A stretch of 64,000 nucleotides of DNA, from positions 5,204 through 69,203 of the forward strand of contig DASWRX010000371.1 in assembly GCA_036402955.1 (NCBI GenBank), written 5' to 3'. This document shows positions 28,277 to 42,615 of this stretch, one piece after another (position 1 is the stretch's first letter; each line of letters starts with the position of its first letter). The position numbers were made by a program, and so were the translations under genes. This DNA comes from Thermoanaerobaculia bacterium. Lineage in GTDB: Bacteria > Acidobacteriota > Thermoanaerobaculia > Multivoradales > UBA5704. The notes under the pieces are model-generated. The model saw only the letters and a program-made list of their open reading frames with translations, was not told the DNA's origin and did no database searches.

Positions 28277-29791
28277 TTAGGGTAGCGACCCCGACCCCGT
28301 AACCCCGTTGGGACCGTTCGGTGAGCCGGGCAGCGGCACCCGCAGATACGGGAAGGTGCTGTCGAACTGGCTCGGGTCCTGGAGCACCTGGTCGGTGAAG
28401 GGGAGGGTACCCGAGGGCGCGTCCGCCGGGCTGCAGTAGACGCCGGGGAAGGCGTGGCAGAGCACGCCCATGGCCACCCGCAGCTCGGCGTCCACCACGT
28501 CGTCGCCCGGGCGCCGGCCATTGGGGAATCCGGCGTTGTCGCCGCCAAGCACGCCCAGGTTGTTCTGCGAGGCGGCGGGGACGGCGGGGATCGAGGTGTT
28601 CAGGCGCATCATCTCGTGCGGCTGGCCGTCCGAGAGGAAGTTCAGGCCCTGGATGCCGGTCGCGAAGGTGGCGACCAGGTCCGTGCGCGGGAAGTTGGTG
28701 GGCGCCCGGACGCCGGCCGCGCCGAACAGAAGCTCGATGATCTTGGGCAGCGTCGGGTTGGTGATGTAGGTGGCGAGCGCCGCGTCACCCTTCGGGGAGG
28801 CGGCGTTGAACAGATCCTTGTCCTTGAGGCCGATCACCACCTCGTTGACGAGGGGCATGCCGAGCCGGGAGACCTGGACGAAATCGCCGCCGCTGTTCGT
28901 CGGATCCATGAAGGTGGGGTTCTCCTTCAGCACCCGCTGGCGCGGCAGGGAGGCCGTCTGCCAGCCGCCGATCACCGGGCTGCCGGAGCTCTTGGTCAGG
29001 CACTGCGTGGGGACCTCGATTGCGATCGTGGTGATGTTGTAGTTCGCGAGCGGGTTCGGCTGCGCGTCGCGGGCGCCGATCGGGTTGAGGTTGATCAGGT
29101 CGAAAATCTCGCCGACGTTGACGGCGAAGGGCTCCTTGCGCTGGCCGAGGAACACCCGGCCGGTGGAGTTGCCGCAACCCGGCATGTTGAACTCCTGGAT
29201 GAAGTTCGCGGCGTAGGTTGGATAGTCCGGAATCGACTTCTCGCCCACGTCGTCGGCCGGCTTGGCGAAGCGGTTGCCGCCGCTCGTGCTGGTGACGAAG
29301 GTCTTGCTGGTCGGATGGGCGATCGGGCCCCGGATCACCCACATCGTGTAGCTCTCGACGATGTTCAGGTTGGGCGACCGGGCGCCCGGCGCGTCGCCGG
29401 TGAACGGGCCGATGTTGTACAGCGGCACGGAGACGTTCTGGCCGCCCACCGGGACCTTGAGGTCCACCAGCCGCGGCACCACCCGGAACTGGAAGGTGAT
29501 GTCCTCGACGCCGTCGCCCGTGTTGTCGATGTGGATGCGGTAGTACGCGTCCGGATCGAGGAAGAAGTAGTTGGGACCGCCGAAGGGCGGCTGGAAGGGC
29601 TGGTAGTCGGCGATCAGGGTCGTGTAACCGGAACGGCCGTTCTCATAGCTGTTGAACATGTAGAGATCGGTGCTGTCCACCTTGGGCATTTTGGTGATCC
29701 CCGGCGCCTCGCGATGGCTGGACGCGTGGGCGGGGACCAAGCCGAGCCCGGCCGACAGGATCAACAGGGCAAAGACAAGACGAATCCTCAC
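28277..29791 (-). CDS. DUF4331 domain protein (secreted)
   Basis: A signal peptide followed by SSHREAP, the hallmark DUF4331 N-terminus. Confidence 0.7.
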   Translation of the reverse strand: MRIRLVFALLILSAGLGLVPAHASSHREAPGITKMPKVDSTDLYMFNSYENGRSGYTTLIADYQPFQPPFGGPNYFFLDPDAYYRIHIDNTGDGVEDITFQFRVVPRLVDLKVPVGGQNVSVPLYNIGPFTGDAPGARSPNLNIVESYTMWVIRGPIAHPTSKTFVTSTSGGNRFAKPADDVGEKSIPDYPTYAANFIQEFNMPGCGNSTGRVFLGQRKEPFAVNVGEIFDLINLNPIGARDAQPNPLANYNITTIAIEVPTQCLTKSSGSPVIGGWQTASLPRQRVLKENPTFMDPTNSGGDFVQVSRLGMPLVNEVVIGLKDKDLFNAASPKGDAALATYITNPTLPKIIELLFGAAGVRAPTNFPRTDLVATFATGIQGLNFLSDGQPHEMMRLNTSIPAVPAASQNNLGVLGGDNAGFPNGRRPGDDVVDAELRVAMGVLCHAFPGVYCSPADAPSGTLPFTDQVLQDPSQFDSTFPYLRVPLPGSPNGPNGVTGSGSLP

Positions 29792-29952
29792 ATTCTCCTC
29801 CTCTTCTGCTGGGTGACTCGTTGGCGAGACGTGCCAGGCGGCGCCCCGCCCTGGCCTTCAGCAGAGGTTACGCAACGGGGCCGGGGGCTGGATGACCTCG
29901 CGGCGAAAGTTCCCGCCGCGGCTACGGCGGCGGATATCGCGGGGCGGATACA

Positions 29953-30786
29953 ATGCGCGGCATGAGCGATATTCCCCCCTCTCCCCGTCCCGACGGCCGT
30001 CCCCTCAACGCCCTCCGCCCGGTACGCATCGAGACCGGCGTCCTCAAGTTCGCCGAAGGCTCGGCGCTAATCTCGGTGGGCGATACGCGCGTGCTGGTCG
30101 CGGCGAGCGTCGAGAACCGGGTCCCGCCGTTCAGGAAGGATAGCGGCGAGGGATGGCTGACCGCCGAGTACTCGATGCTGCCGCGCTCCACCCATACCCG
30201 CAACCAGCGCGAGAGCGCGCAGGGGAAGGTCTCGGGGCGCACCGCCGAGATCCAGCGCCTGATCGGCCGCAGCCTGCGCGCCGCGATCGATCTGACGGCG
30301 ATGTCCGACCGCACGCTCACCCTCGACTGCGACGTGCTCCAGGCCGACGGCGGCACCCGCACGGCGGCGGTCACCGGCGCCTACGTGGCCGCCGTCCTCG
30401 CCCTCGGCCGGCTGGCGCTGCACCGGGAGATCGCCGCCTGGCCGATCCGCGACCAGATCGCCGCCGTCTCCGTGGGCATCGTCGGCGGCACGCCCCGGCT
30501 CGACCTCGAGTACGTCGAGGACCAGGTGGCCGAGGTCGACATGAACGTCGTCGCCACCGCCGCCGGCGCGCTGGTCGAGATCCAGGGGACGGGCGAGAAG
30601 CGGAGCTTCCGCCGCGAGGAGATGGACGCCCTGGTGGATCTCGCCTTCCAGGGGATCGGCGAGCTGGTGGCGGCGCAGAACGCCGTTCTCGCCTCGACGC
30701 TCGAGGAGGCCACCCAGGCCCTCTCCCGCGACCGCCGCCGGCCGGCTCCGCCGAAGTCCGAGAAGGATCTCTGGAAGCGGCCGTAG
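29953..30786 (+). CDS. rph: Ribonuclease PH
   Basis: [34 protein letters not shown]..., TGAYVAA, GTGEK. The start could instead be the ATG at 29962. Confidence 0.9.
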   Translation: MRGMSDIPPSPRPDGRPLNALRPVRIETGVLKFAEGSALISVGDTRVLVAASVENRVPPFRKDSGEGWLTAEYSMLPRSTHTRNQRESAQGKVSGRTAEIQRLIGRSLRAAIDLTAMSDRTLTLDCDVLQADGGTRTAAVTGAYVAAVLALGRLALHREIAAWPIRDQIAAVSVGIVGGTPRLDLEYVEDQVAEVDMNVVATAAGALVEIQGTGEKRSFRREEMDALVDLAFQGIGELVAAQNAVLASTLEEATQALSRDRRRPAPPKSEKDLWKRP

Positions 30787-30792
30787 GAGGAC

Positions 30793-31008
30793 TTAATTAT
30801 CTCGTTTCACGAAGGGGTAACGGTCCCGGATCCGCCGGGAGACGAAGCCGCCCTTCGACGGCGCCTTCAGCAGGTCGCGGTAGACCCGGGGCGGCACCTT
30901 GAAGTAGTCGTAGACGGCGCCGCTGCTGAACTCCACCTCCAGCACCGACGACCGGGCGTCGTACCCCACCGAGGAGATGGCCGTGGAGGCGACGGGATTC
31001 CTGCGCAT
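30793..31008 (-). CDS. KTSC domain-containing small protein
   Basis: VASTAISSVGYDARSSVLEVEFSSGAVYDYFKVPPRVYRDLLKAPSKGGF matches the KTSC domain pattern. ATG follows GGAGGG. The track ORF is over-extended in the wrong upstream region. Confidence 0.6.
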   Translation of the reverse strand: MRRNPVASTAISSVGYDARSSVLEVEFSSGAVYDYFKVPPRVYRDLLKAPSKGGFVSRRIRDRYPFVKRDN

Positions 31009-31106
31009 CGAGTTCCCTCCGCCGGGAACTCCGAGGCACGGGAGTTCCCGACGAACGAAACCTTTGCAAGCGCGGTACCGTCGAGGGACGACGCGGGCCT
31101 GCCGCG

Positions 31107-32147
31107 CTAGATCACGATGCCCTTGAACTCGATGTCGATGGTGGGGACCTTGGGGCTGTCGGTGTGGACGGTGACCTTGCCGGTGAACGGTCCCTTGCCG
31201 AGCTCGGGATGGAGGATGACCCGCACCTGGTACTCGCGGCCTTCCTGGAGCGGCTCGAGCTTGGCCTCGATCCCCCTGGGCAGGTTCGGATCGATGCCCG
31301 TCACCTTGATCGACTCGGTGGCGAAGTTGCGGATGTTGACCGCCTTGCGCAGGGGCTCCTTGAGCTCGATCTTGCCGAAGTCGGCCACCGGCGGGGTGAC
31401 CGCGATGACCGGCCGCACGAAGCCGGAGACCGGGATCTGCACGATCTTCTGCTTCGGGTGGGTGGTGTGGACCGTCACGTAGTCCGACAGCGGGCCGACC
31501 TTGGCGTCGCTGGCGAGCTTCATCTCGACCTGCCACTGCTTGCCCTTGGCGTCGGGCGCGCGCTCCTCGGGCTTGGCCTCGCGGTAGGTGACCTTCAGGT
31601 AGGGATAGGGCGAGTCGATCCCGGTGATGTCCCACGCCGAGCCGTCCGGCGCCCAGAGGCTCTGCGCGATGTTCCCCTCCTGCGGCTCGCCCTGGACGAT
31701 GATGTAGCGGGCGTAGCCGGGCTTGACCGAGATGTAGGGCTCCACCTTGGCGCGCAGGGTCAGCTCGACCTGCGGGGTGGCGGGATCGTTGGTGAAGACG
31801 CTGATCCCCTTGGCGATCGGGCCGCTGAAGGTGGTGGTGTCCACCACCGCGTGCACCTTGCCGGTCTGGCCCGGCTTGATCACCTTGTCGAACTGGGCGA
31901 CCGTGCAGCCGCAGGCCGGCTGGACGTTGGTGATCTGGAGATCGGCGTCGCCCTCGTTCTTGATCACGAAATCGTGGACGATCTTGTCGCCCTTCGAGAT
32001 GCTGCCGACGTCCTTGATCGGCTCGGCGACGACGACCTTCGGTTTGGCTCCCGGCTTCGCGCCCGGTTTGGTGTCGGCCAGCAGGGAGGCCGCGACCAAA
32101 AAGGCGGCGCAAAGTGCCAGAATGACGGTCTTCGAGTGACGTTGCAT
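31107..32147 (-). CDS. DUF1573 domain protein (exported, ACGCT motif)
   Basis: Signal peptide, PACGCTVAQF and repeated Ig-like modules. ATG at 32147 follows AAGGAG. Confidence 0.7.
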   Translation of the reverse strand: MQRHSKTVILALCAAFLVAASLLADTKPGAKPGAKPKVVVAEPIKDVGSISKGDKIVHDFVIKNEGDADLQITNVQPACGCTVAQFDKVIKPGQTGKVHAVVDTTTFSGPIAKGISVFTNDPATPQVELTLRAKVEPYISVKPGYARYIIVQGEPQEGNIAQSLWAPDGSAWDITGIDSPYPYLKVTYREAKPEERAPDAKGKQWQVEMKLASDAKVGPLSDYVTVHTTHPKQKIVQIPVSGFVRPVIAVTPPVADFGKIELKEPLRKAVNIRNFATESIKVTGIDPNLPRGIEAKLEPLQEGREYQVRVILHPELGKGPFTGKVTVHTDSPKVPTIDIEFKGIVI

Positions 32148-32239
32148 ACGTCCTGCTCCTTCTTCGAGGTGGATGAAAGCTCCGGGAATGCTACACTCCG
32201 GCCCCCTGAAATGGGAAATACCTACGAGAAACCCCGCCT

Positions 32240-33655
32240 GTGAATTCTTCCAGACTCGACATTTACTGCATGGCGATCGGTGGTACGGGGATGGCTCCAC
32301 TGGCCTGCCTTCTGCAAGAGCAGGGCCACCGGGTCCGCGGCGCCGACGGCCCCCTCTATCCCCCGATGAGCACGCTGCTCGAGCGGGCCGGCGTCCACCC
32401 CTCGGTGGGCTACGACCCCGCCCATCTCGAGCCGAAACCGGACTTGGTGGTGATCGGCAACGCCATCCACCGCGACAACCCGGAGGCCGTGGCGGCCGAG
32501 CGGCTGGGCCTCCCCATCGTCTCGATGCCGCAGGCGCTCTCCCGCTTCTTCCTCGACCACCACCGCTCCCTGGTGGTGGCGGGGACCCACGGCAAGACCA
32601 CGACCACGGCGATGGCCTGCTGGGTCTACGCCGCCTGCGGCCGTGATCCCGGCTACCTGATCGGCGGCGCTCCCTGCGACCTGCCGGCCAGCTTCCACGA
32701 CGGCGCCGGCGACCGCTTCATCATCGAGGGGGACGAGTACAACGCCGCCTACTTCGACCGCGGCCCCAAGTTCCTCCATTATCAGCCCGAGACCCTGCTG
32801 CTCACCAGCGCCGAGTACGACCACGCCGACCTCTACCCGACCCCGGAGGCGCTGTGGGACGCCTACCGGCGGCTGATCGCGCTGCTGCCCGCGGACGGCT
32901 TCCTGGTCGCCTGTGGCGACACTCCCAAGGTGCGCGAGCTCGCCGCCGCCGCCTGCTGCCGCGTGCTGTTCTACGGCTTGGACGCGGGCAACGACCTCCA
33001 TCCCCTGGGCGACATCGAGGCCCTGCCCGAGGCGAGCCGGTTCCGCGTCCGCGACACCGACTCGGACAATGGCGAGGTGGAGATCACTCTCCCGCTCGCC
33101 GGCGGCCACAACGTGTCGAACGCCCTGGCGGTCTGGGCGGCGGCCCGGCGCGACGGCATCCCCGCCGCGGTCGCGGCCGGTGCCCTCGCCCGCTTCCACG
33201 GCGTCAAGCGACGCCTGGAGGAGCTCGGCACGGCGCGCGGGGTCACCGTGGTCGACGACTTCGCCCACCACCCGACGGCGGTCGAGAAGACCCTGGCGGC
33301 TCTGCGCCAGCGCTACCCCGGCCATCGCGTGGTGGCCCTCTTCGAGCCGCGCAGCCTGACGGCCGGCCGGCGCTTCTTCTTCGAGCCCTACCGCCGGGCC
33401 TTCGCCGGCGCCGACCGCGTGCTCTTCGCCCCCATCTTCCACAACGGCCGCCTGGCCGCCGAGGAGCGGCTCGACTTCAGCGCCCTCGCCGCCGCTCTCA
33501 CCGCCGCCGGCGTGCCCGCCGACCTCTGCGCCGACAACGCCGAGCTGATGCGCCACGCCCTGGACGAGGCGCGCGACGGCAGCGTGCTGGTGACGATGTC
33601 CTCCGGCTCGTTCGAGGGGATGCCCCACAAGCTGATCGCGGCGCTCAAGGGGTAA
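32240..33655 (+). CDS. mpl: UDP-N-acetylmuramate:L-alanyl-gamma-D-glutamyl-meso-diaminopimelate ligase (murein peptide ligase)
   Basis: IGGTGMAPLA, GTHGKTTTT, Mur ligase middle and C-terminal domains; the family is Mpl rather than MurC. Confidence 0.8.
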   Translation: MNSSRLDIYCMAIGGTGMAPLACLLQEQGHRVRGADGPLYPPMSTLLERAGVHPSVGYDPAHLEPKPDLVVIGNAIHRDNPEAVAAERLGLPIVSMPQALSRFFLDHHRSLVVAGTHGKTTTTAMACWVYAACGRDPGYLIGGAPCDLPASFHDGAGDRFIIEGDEYNAAYFDRGPKFLHYQPETLLLTSAEYDHADLYPTPEALWDAYRRLIALLPADGFLVACGDTPKVRELAAAACCRVLFYGLDAGNDLHPLGDIEALPEASRFRVRDTDSDNGEVEITLPLAGGHNVSNALAVWAAARRDGIPAAVAAGALARFHGVKRRLEELGTARGVTVVDDFAHHPTAVEKTLAALRQRYPGHRVVALFEPRSLTAGRRFFFEPYRRAFAGADRVLFAPIFHNGRLAAEERLDFSALAAALTAAGVPADLCADNAELMRHALDEARDGSVLVTMSSGSFEGMPHKLIAALKG

Positions 33656-34532
33656 GGCGGTCTTCCAACACCGGCACCGCCCCCGACAGCTTCAGCGCCT
33701 CCGGAGACACCCCGAGGACCGCCTCCCGCGGCACCAAGCCGATCACCTCCGTCTCGGTCACCCGCGTCCCCAGCGCCTCCGCCTCCACCTCCACCCTGCG
33801 CAGCGCCGCAAGTACCGGCGTCCGCCGGTAATCCACCAGGTTCATGCTCACCTGGGCGAGGCCGCGGCTCGCCAGGTGCACCCCCATGGCGCGCACCGCC
33901 GGCAGCCCGCCGCCCGACTCCCGCACTCGCCGGGCGATGGCGCGGGCCACCGTAACGTCGGCCGTCGCCAGCACCGCGTTGAAGGCGATCAGGAAGAAAC
34001 GGGCGCCGATCACCGTCACCCCGGCCGTGGGATGGACCCGCGCCGGCCCAAAGTCAGGCGTCCAGGCGGGATCGGCGAGCCGGGCGGCGAGGCCCTCGAA
34101 GCTACCACGGCGGAGATCGGCGAGCGCCGTCCGCTCCGGCCGCCGCGCCGCCCGTTCGTAGAGATAGACGGGAAGATCGAAGCGCCGCGCCACCGCCGCG
34201 GCCAGCCGCTCGGCCGCAGCCACCGCCGCGGCCATCGGCGTGCCGCCCAAGGGGACGAATGGCGTCACGTCGACGGCGCCCACCCGCGGATGGACCCCCG
34301 TGTGCCGGTTGAGGTCGATCTCGGCGAGCGCCGCCTCGTAGAGGGCGAGGAGCGAGCGGTGGAGACCCTCCGGCTCGCCGGCCAGGGTCAGCACGGAGCG
34401 GTTGTGGTCGGGATCGGACGAGACGTCGAGGAGCCGCGTCCCGGGAGCCGAGGCGGCCGCCGCGGCCAGCCGCGCCACCACCTCCGGGCGCCGGCCCTCG
34501 CTCACGTTGGGGACGCACTCGAGCGGCAGCAC
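33645..34532 (-). CDS. Glutamate formimidoyltransferase (formiminotransferase domain protein)
   Basis: LLECVPNVSEGR N-terminus and FTase N and C subdomains. Its 3' end overlaps mpl convergently by 11 bp. Confidence 0.8.
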   Translation of the reverse strand: MLPLECVPNVSEGRRPEVVARLAAAAASAPGTRLLDVSSDPDHNRSVLTLAGEPEGLHRSLLALYEAALAEIDLNRHTGVHPRVGAVDVTPFVPLGGTPMAAAVAAAERLAAAVARRFDLPVYLYERAARRPERTALADLRRGSFEGLAARLADPAWTPDFGPARVHPTAGVTVIGARFFLIAFNAVLATADVTVARAIARRVRESGGGLPAVRAMGVHLASRGLAQVSMNLVDYRRTPVLAALRRVEVEAEALGTRVTETEVIGLVPREAVLGVSPEALKLSGAVPVLEDRLTP

Positions 34533-34636
34533 GGAGGCAAACTATAGCAACGGGAGACGTTGGACGCGGGGCGAGCTCCTCTGCTACGATACGGCTCGAT
34601 TTTTCAGAATCCAACAAGAAAGTCCATCCAACCGAG

Positions 34637-36736
34637 ATGAGCTATTCCGGTAACCCGTCGCTGTCGTCCGAAGTCAAGCAGCGGATCCTCAGCACCTTCG
34701 ATCAGACGCTGGAGCTCGCCCAGGAGGGCAACCGCCAGGAGGCGCTCCTCGGCTGCGACTTCGTGCTCCGCATGGATCCCCAGTTCCAGCCCGCCCATCA
34801 GCTCCAGGACCGCCTGCGGTCGACGGCCGGCGCGGTCCGCGTCGACGACCTGCGGGGGGGCGGCATCCCCGTCCCGGTCCTCGACCCTTTCGCCGACCTC
34901 GACGGCCTGAGCCTCGACCTTCCCGACCTGCTCCCGGGCGGCGGCGCCGGCGGGCTGCGCTCCGAGATCCAGTCGCTGCTCGACCAGCGCCGGTTCCCGG
35001 AGCTGATGGCGGCGGCCCAGCGCGACCATGCCGCGGTGATGGCCGATCCCGAGCTCCAGCGCCTGGTCGGCCTCGCCCAGGAGCGGATGGAGGCGGAGCC
35101 CTACGTCCTCAAGTTTCTCGGCTCGGCGCGGCAGGCGCTGCAGTCGGGCAGCCCCGCGGACGCCGCCGAGGCCGCCCGCCTGCTCGACAAGGCCCGCGCC
35201 CTCGACCCCGACCATCCCGGCCTCGCCGAGTTGGACCGCGCCCGGGCCGCCGCCGCGACGGCTCCGGCGGCTCCCACCCGCGCCGCCGCTTCCCCCTTCG
35301 AGATCCCGTCGCCGTTGCAGGGGTCCGCCATGCCGTCGACCCTCGCCTTCGGCGGCGGTGACTCGGAGAGCGACCGCCGCATCCGCGAGCTGCTCGCCGA
35401 GGGACAGGCCGCCTTCGACGGCGGCGATCCGCAGGGGGCGATCGACGCCTGGTCGCGCATCTTCCTCATCGACATCGACCATCAGGAGGCCTCGCGGCGC
35501 ATCGAGGCGGCCCGCAAGGTGAAGGCTGAGAGCGAGCGCCAGGTCGAGGAGATCTTCCACGATGGCCTGGCGCGGCAGGAGGCCGGCGACGCCGCGGCCG
35601 CCCGGCGGGCGTTCCAGCGGGTGCTCGAGATCCAGCCCACCTACTTCGCTGCCCGCGAGGCCTTGCAGCAGCTCGATGCCGGCGCCCCGCCGGCGAGGGC
35701 CGCGGCGCCGCGCGAGGCGGTCCCCGAGCCGGCGGTCGCCGTCCCCAAGGGCGCCGCCGGGCACGACCTCAAGGAAGAGATCCTGGTGCCTCCCGAGCCC
35801 TTCGGGCAGGAGAAGAGCGCCACCGAGCGCAAGCCGCCCCGCAAGAACGTCGCCGTGTCGCGCGACAGCGGGCGTGCCCGCCGCCTCTTCCTGCTCGTGG
35901 GCGGCGCCGTGCTGCTGCTCGCCGTGGTGGCGGTGTGGTTCTACATGCAGAACCGCGAGACGATCTTCCCCAACTCGCAGGAGCCGCCGGCTGCGGCGGT
36001 GCCGGCGGCCGGCGGGGCCGCGAAGCAAGACCCGGTGACGCGCGCCGAGCGGCTCCACAAGGTGGGCAAGACCCAGATCGCGATCAGCCAGCTCAAGCGG
36101 ATCCCGCCGTCGGACCCCAGCTACGCGAAGGCCCAGAGGCTGATCGCCGAGTGGGGCGGCGCGACTGAGACGGCTCCCGGCACGCCCGGAGCGGCCGCCC
36201 CCCCAGGGGCGGTAGCCTCGGTGTTCGCCAATCCGGCGTCGGCGGGGACCGCCGCGCCGGACGCCAATACGAAGCGGGGGGCCCTGATCGCCGCGGCCCG
36301 CCAGGCCTTCTCCGAGCGGAGCTACGTCAAGGCCTTCGGCTCGCTCGAGCAGGCCAACGCCCTCGCCCGGCTCGACGGTGCCGACGCCCAGCTCATGACG
36401 GACACCCAGCACAAGCTCGAGCCGCTGAACAAGCAGCTCGAAGGATTCCGCCAGCACGAGTGGGAGGTCATCCTCCCGGACCTCTGGCGCATGCACGAGG
36501 CCGATCCCGGCAATCGCGACGTCACCCAGATGATCGTGGACTCCTACTATGATCTGGCGGTGCGCGACCTCCAGCGGGCCGATGCCCAGAAGGCGGCGGA
36601 CAAGCTCAAGGAGGCGCTCAATCTCCAGAAGGACGATGAGACGCTGAAGCGCCACTTGGTGTTCGCCCAAACCTACCAGGAGCGGCCCAAGGACCTCCTC
36701 TACCGGATCTACGTCAAGTATCTGCCGTACCGCTGA
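34637..36736 (+). CDS. Hypothetical TPR-repeat protein with a single central TM segment
   Basis: TPR-like helical repeats on both sides of the TM helix LFLLVGGAVLLLAVVAVWFYM. No specific family recognised. Confidence 0.55.
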   Translation: MSYSGNPSLSSEVKQRILSTFDQTLELAQEGNRQEALLGCDFVLRMDPQFQPAHQLQDRLRSTAGAVRVDDLRGGGIPVPVLDPFADLDGLSLDLPDLLPGGGAGGLRSEIQSLLDQRRFPELMAAAQRDHAAVMADPELQRLVGLAQERMEAEPYVLKFLGSARQALQSGSPADAAEAARLLDKARALDPDHPGLAELDRARAAAATAPAAPTRAAASPFEIPSPLQGSAMPSTLAFGGGDSESDRRIRELLAEGQAAFDGGDPQGAIDAWSRIFLIDIDHQEASRRIEAARKVKAESERQVEEIFHDGLARQEAGDAAAARRAFQRVLEIQPTYFAAREALQQLDAGAPPARAAAPREAVPEPAVAVPKGAAGHDLKEEILVPPEPFGQEKSATERKPPRKNVAVSRDSGRARRLFLLVGGAVLLLAVVAVWFYMQNRETIFPNSQEPPAAAVPAAGGAAKQDPVTRAERLHKVGKTQIAISQLKRIPPSDPSYAKAQRLIAEWGGATETAPGTPGAAAPPGAVASVFANPASAGTAAPDANTKRGALIAAARQAFSERSYVKAFGSLEQANALARLDGADAQLMTDTQHKLEPLNKQLEGFRQHEWEVILPDLWRMHEADPGNRDVTQMIVDSYYDLAVRDLQRADAQKAADKLKEALNLQKDDETLKRHLVFAQTYQERPKDLLYRIYVKYLPYR

Positions 36737-37410
36737 TGCGACGACCGGGGAAGCCGAACGAGCCCGAAGAGCCGATGCTCTTCGATCTCCCGCTGTCCAG
36801 TCCCGAACCGGGTGAGGAGCCGGAGGAGCCGCTCCTCGAGCGCAAGCGGTCGCCGTCCCGGGAGTCCCGGCGGGCGGCGCCCGAGCCCGCCGAGCCGCCG
36901 CTCCCCCGGCGCGCGGGACCGGTGCCCGTGCCGGTCTCCCTTCCCCAGGCGGAGGACGAGCCGGAGGCCTCGCGCAGCGAATTTGCCGGCCGCGGCAGCC
37001 GGCTCGCCGCCGGCCTCGCCGACCTCGTCGTCCATGCCGCCGTCGTCGTGGTGGCACTCTTCGGCTGCCGTGGGCTGGGGGTCAGGCCGGAGCTCTCGTC
37101 CATGCCGGCCCTCGGGGCTCTCGGCATCTTCCTGCTCTCGTTCTCGTTCCTCTACGTCGTGCTCCCGCTGGCCTTCTGGGGGCACACGCCGGGCATGGCC
37201 TGGGCGGGCATCACCTCGCGCAACCGCAACGGCGAGCCGCTCACCTTCGACCAGACGGCCCGCCGCTGGCTGGGGGCGATCCTCACCCTCTGCACCCTCG
37301 GCCTCGCCGTCCTCCTCTCCTTCGGTGGACGGTCCCTGACCGACTGGATCAGCGGCTCCGCGACCTATCCGATGAACGAGGAGGACGACCAGGAGCCGGC
37401 GGCGGCCTAA
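36736..37410 (+). CDS. RDD family membrane protein
   Basis: Proline/glutamate-rich N-terminus followed by an RDD-type TM core (WGHTPGMAWAGI). Start overlaps the upstream stop (TGATG). Confidence 0.6.
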   Translation: MRRPGKPNEPEEPMLFDLPLSSPEPGEEPEEPLLERKRSPSRESRRAAPEPAEPPLPRRAGPVPVPVSLPQAEDEPEASRSEFAGRGSRLAAGLADLVVHAAVVVVALFGCRGLGVRPELSSMPALGALGIFLLSFSFLYVVLPLAFWGHTPGMAWAGITSRNRNGEPLTFDQTARRWLGAILTLCTLGLAVLLSFGGRSLTDWISGSATYPMNEEDDQEPAAA

Positions 37411-37805
37411 CCCGTTTCCCGCCGCTCTCCCCGCCGTTCCCGCCATACTCCGATCCCCATCCAGAGGTTCCCGGCCGCCGTCGCCAGGGCGAAGGCGAGC
37501 AGGGGAGAGCCGCCCGGCCAGAGCGCGATGACGCCGCCCAATTGGTAGATCAGGCCGGCGATCCGAAAGGGCTCGAAGGCGATCCCGCCCAGCATGTAGA
37601 AGGAGTGGCCGAGCAGCAGCAGCCAGAGCCCGGGGAGCGCCCAGGCGAGGTCCTGCCAGACGAGCAGCGCGGAGAGGACGATGGCCACGAAGGAAAGGTT
37701 TCCCTGGAGGCGCAATACCCAGGCCGCCAACGTGCCGGAGCCCAGGGTGCCGCCGGATCGCCGGATCGCCAGCAGCTCGACCGCGCCGCCGAGCAGGATC
37801 GCCAC
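37407..37805 (-). CDS. Hypothetical small integral membrane protein
   Basis: Hydrophobic ORF with a GTG start. The reading frame stays open upstream to ~38040 and encodes another TM-like segment, but without a canonical start codon. Confidence 0.4.
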   Translation of the reverse strand: MAILLGGAVELLAIRRSGGTLGSGTLAAWVLRLQGNLSFVAIVLSALLVWQDLAWALPGLWLLLLGHSFYMLGGIAFEPFRIAGLIYQLGGVIALWPGGSPLLAFALATAAGNLWMGIGVWRERRGERRETG

Positions 37806-38011
37806 CGACCAGGCGAGGAGGACGCCGGCCGGGCCGTTGCGCCGGAAGGCGAGCGGGGTGGCGAGCGCCGTCGCCGGGAGCAGGGCGGCCCAGACGAACC
37901 AGGAGCCGGGGGATTGTAGGAACGGGCGGCTGGCCGCTCGGAAGAGATCGCGGGCCGGCTCGAGGTCGTCGTCGCCGGCCCGCGGGGGTGAGAACAGCGG
38001 ATCGTATTCGG

Positions 38012-38434
38012 TCAGGCGGCGCGCCCCGACCCGCGGCGGGCGAGGATCTCGCGCTGCGCCTGGGCGGAGCGCAGCACCCGCTGGCGGGCCTTGAACTCGG
38101 CGTCGGTCTTCATCGGCATCCGGTGCGCCTCCTCGAACTGCCGCTGGACGGCCGCCGGATCGATCTCCTCGATCTTGCGGGCCACCTCGGTCAGCAGGGT
38201 CAGGCGGTTCTCCACCATCTGGGCGAAGCCGCCGTCGACGAACAGAACCTGGTTGCCCTGCGGACCCTGGACCCGCAGCTCGCCGGCCCCCATCTTGAAC
38301 AGCAGGGGAGCGCGGTTGGGCAGGATGCCGACCTCACCGTCGTGCGCCGGGAAGGCGACGAAGGTGGCGTCGGCCTCGAGCACCGCCCGCTCGGGAGTGA
38401 TGACGCTGCAATGGAAGGTGGTGCTGGTGGCCAT
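38012..38434 (-). CDS. atpC: F1 ATP synthase epsilon subunit
   Basis: MATSTTFHCSVITPERAVLEADATFVAFPAHDGEVGILPNRAPLL. Confidence 0.9.
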   Translation of the reverse strand: MATSTTFHCSVITPERAVLEADATFVAFPAHDGEVGILPNRAPLLFKMGAGELRVQGPQGNQVLFVDGGFAQMVENRLTLLTEVARKIEEIDPAAVQRQFEEAHRMPMKTDAEFKARQRVLRSAQAQREILARRGSGRAA

Positions 38435-38460
38435 GGTCGTTCTCCGCCAGGTCCGGGCCC

Positions 38461-42597
<4,137 letters not shown>

Positions 42598-42615
42598 GAA
42601 GGCTCCTTGCCCCGA

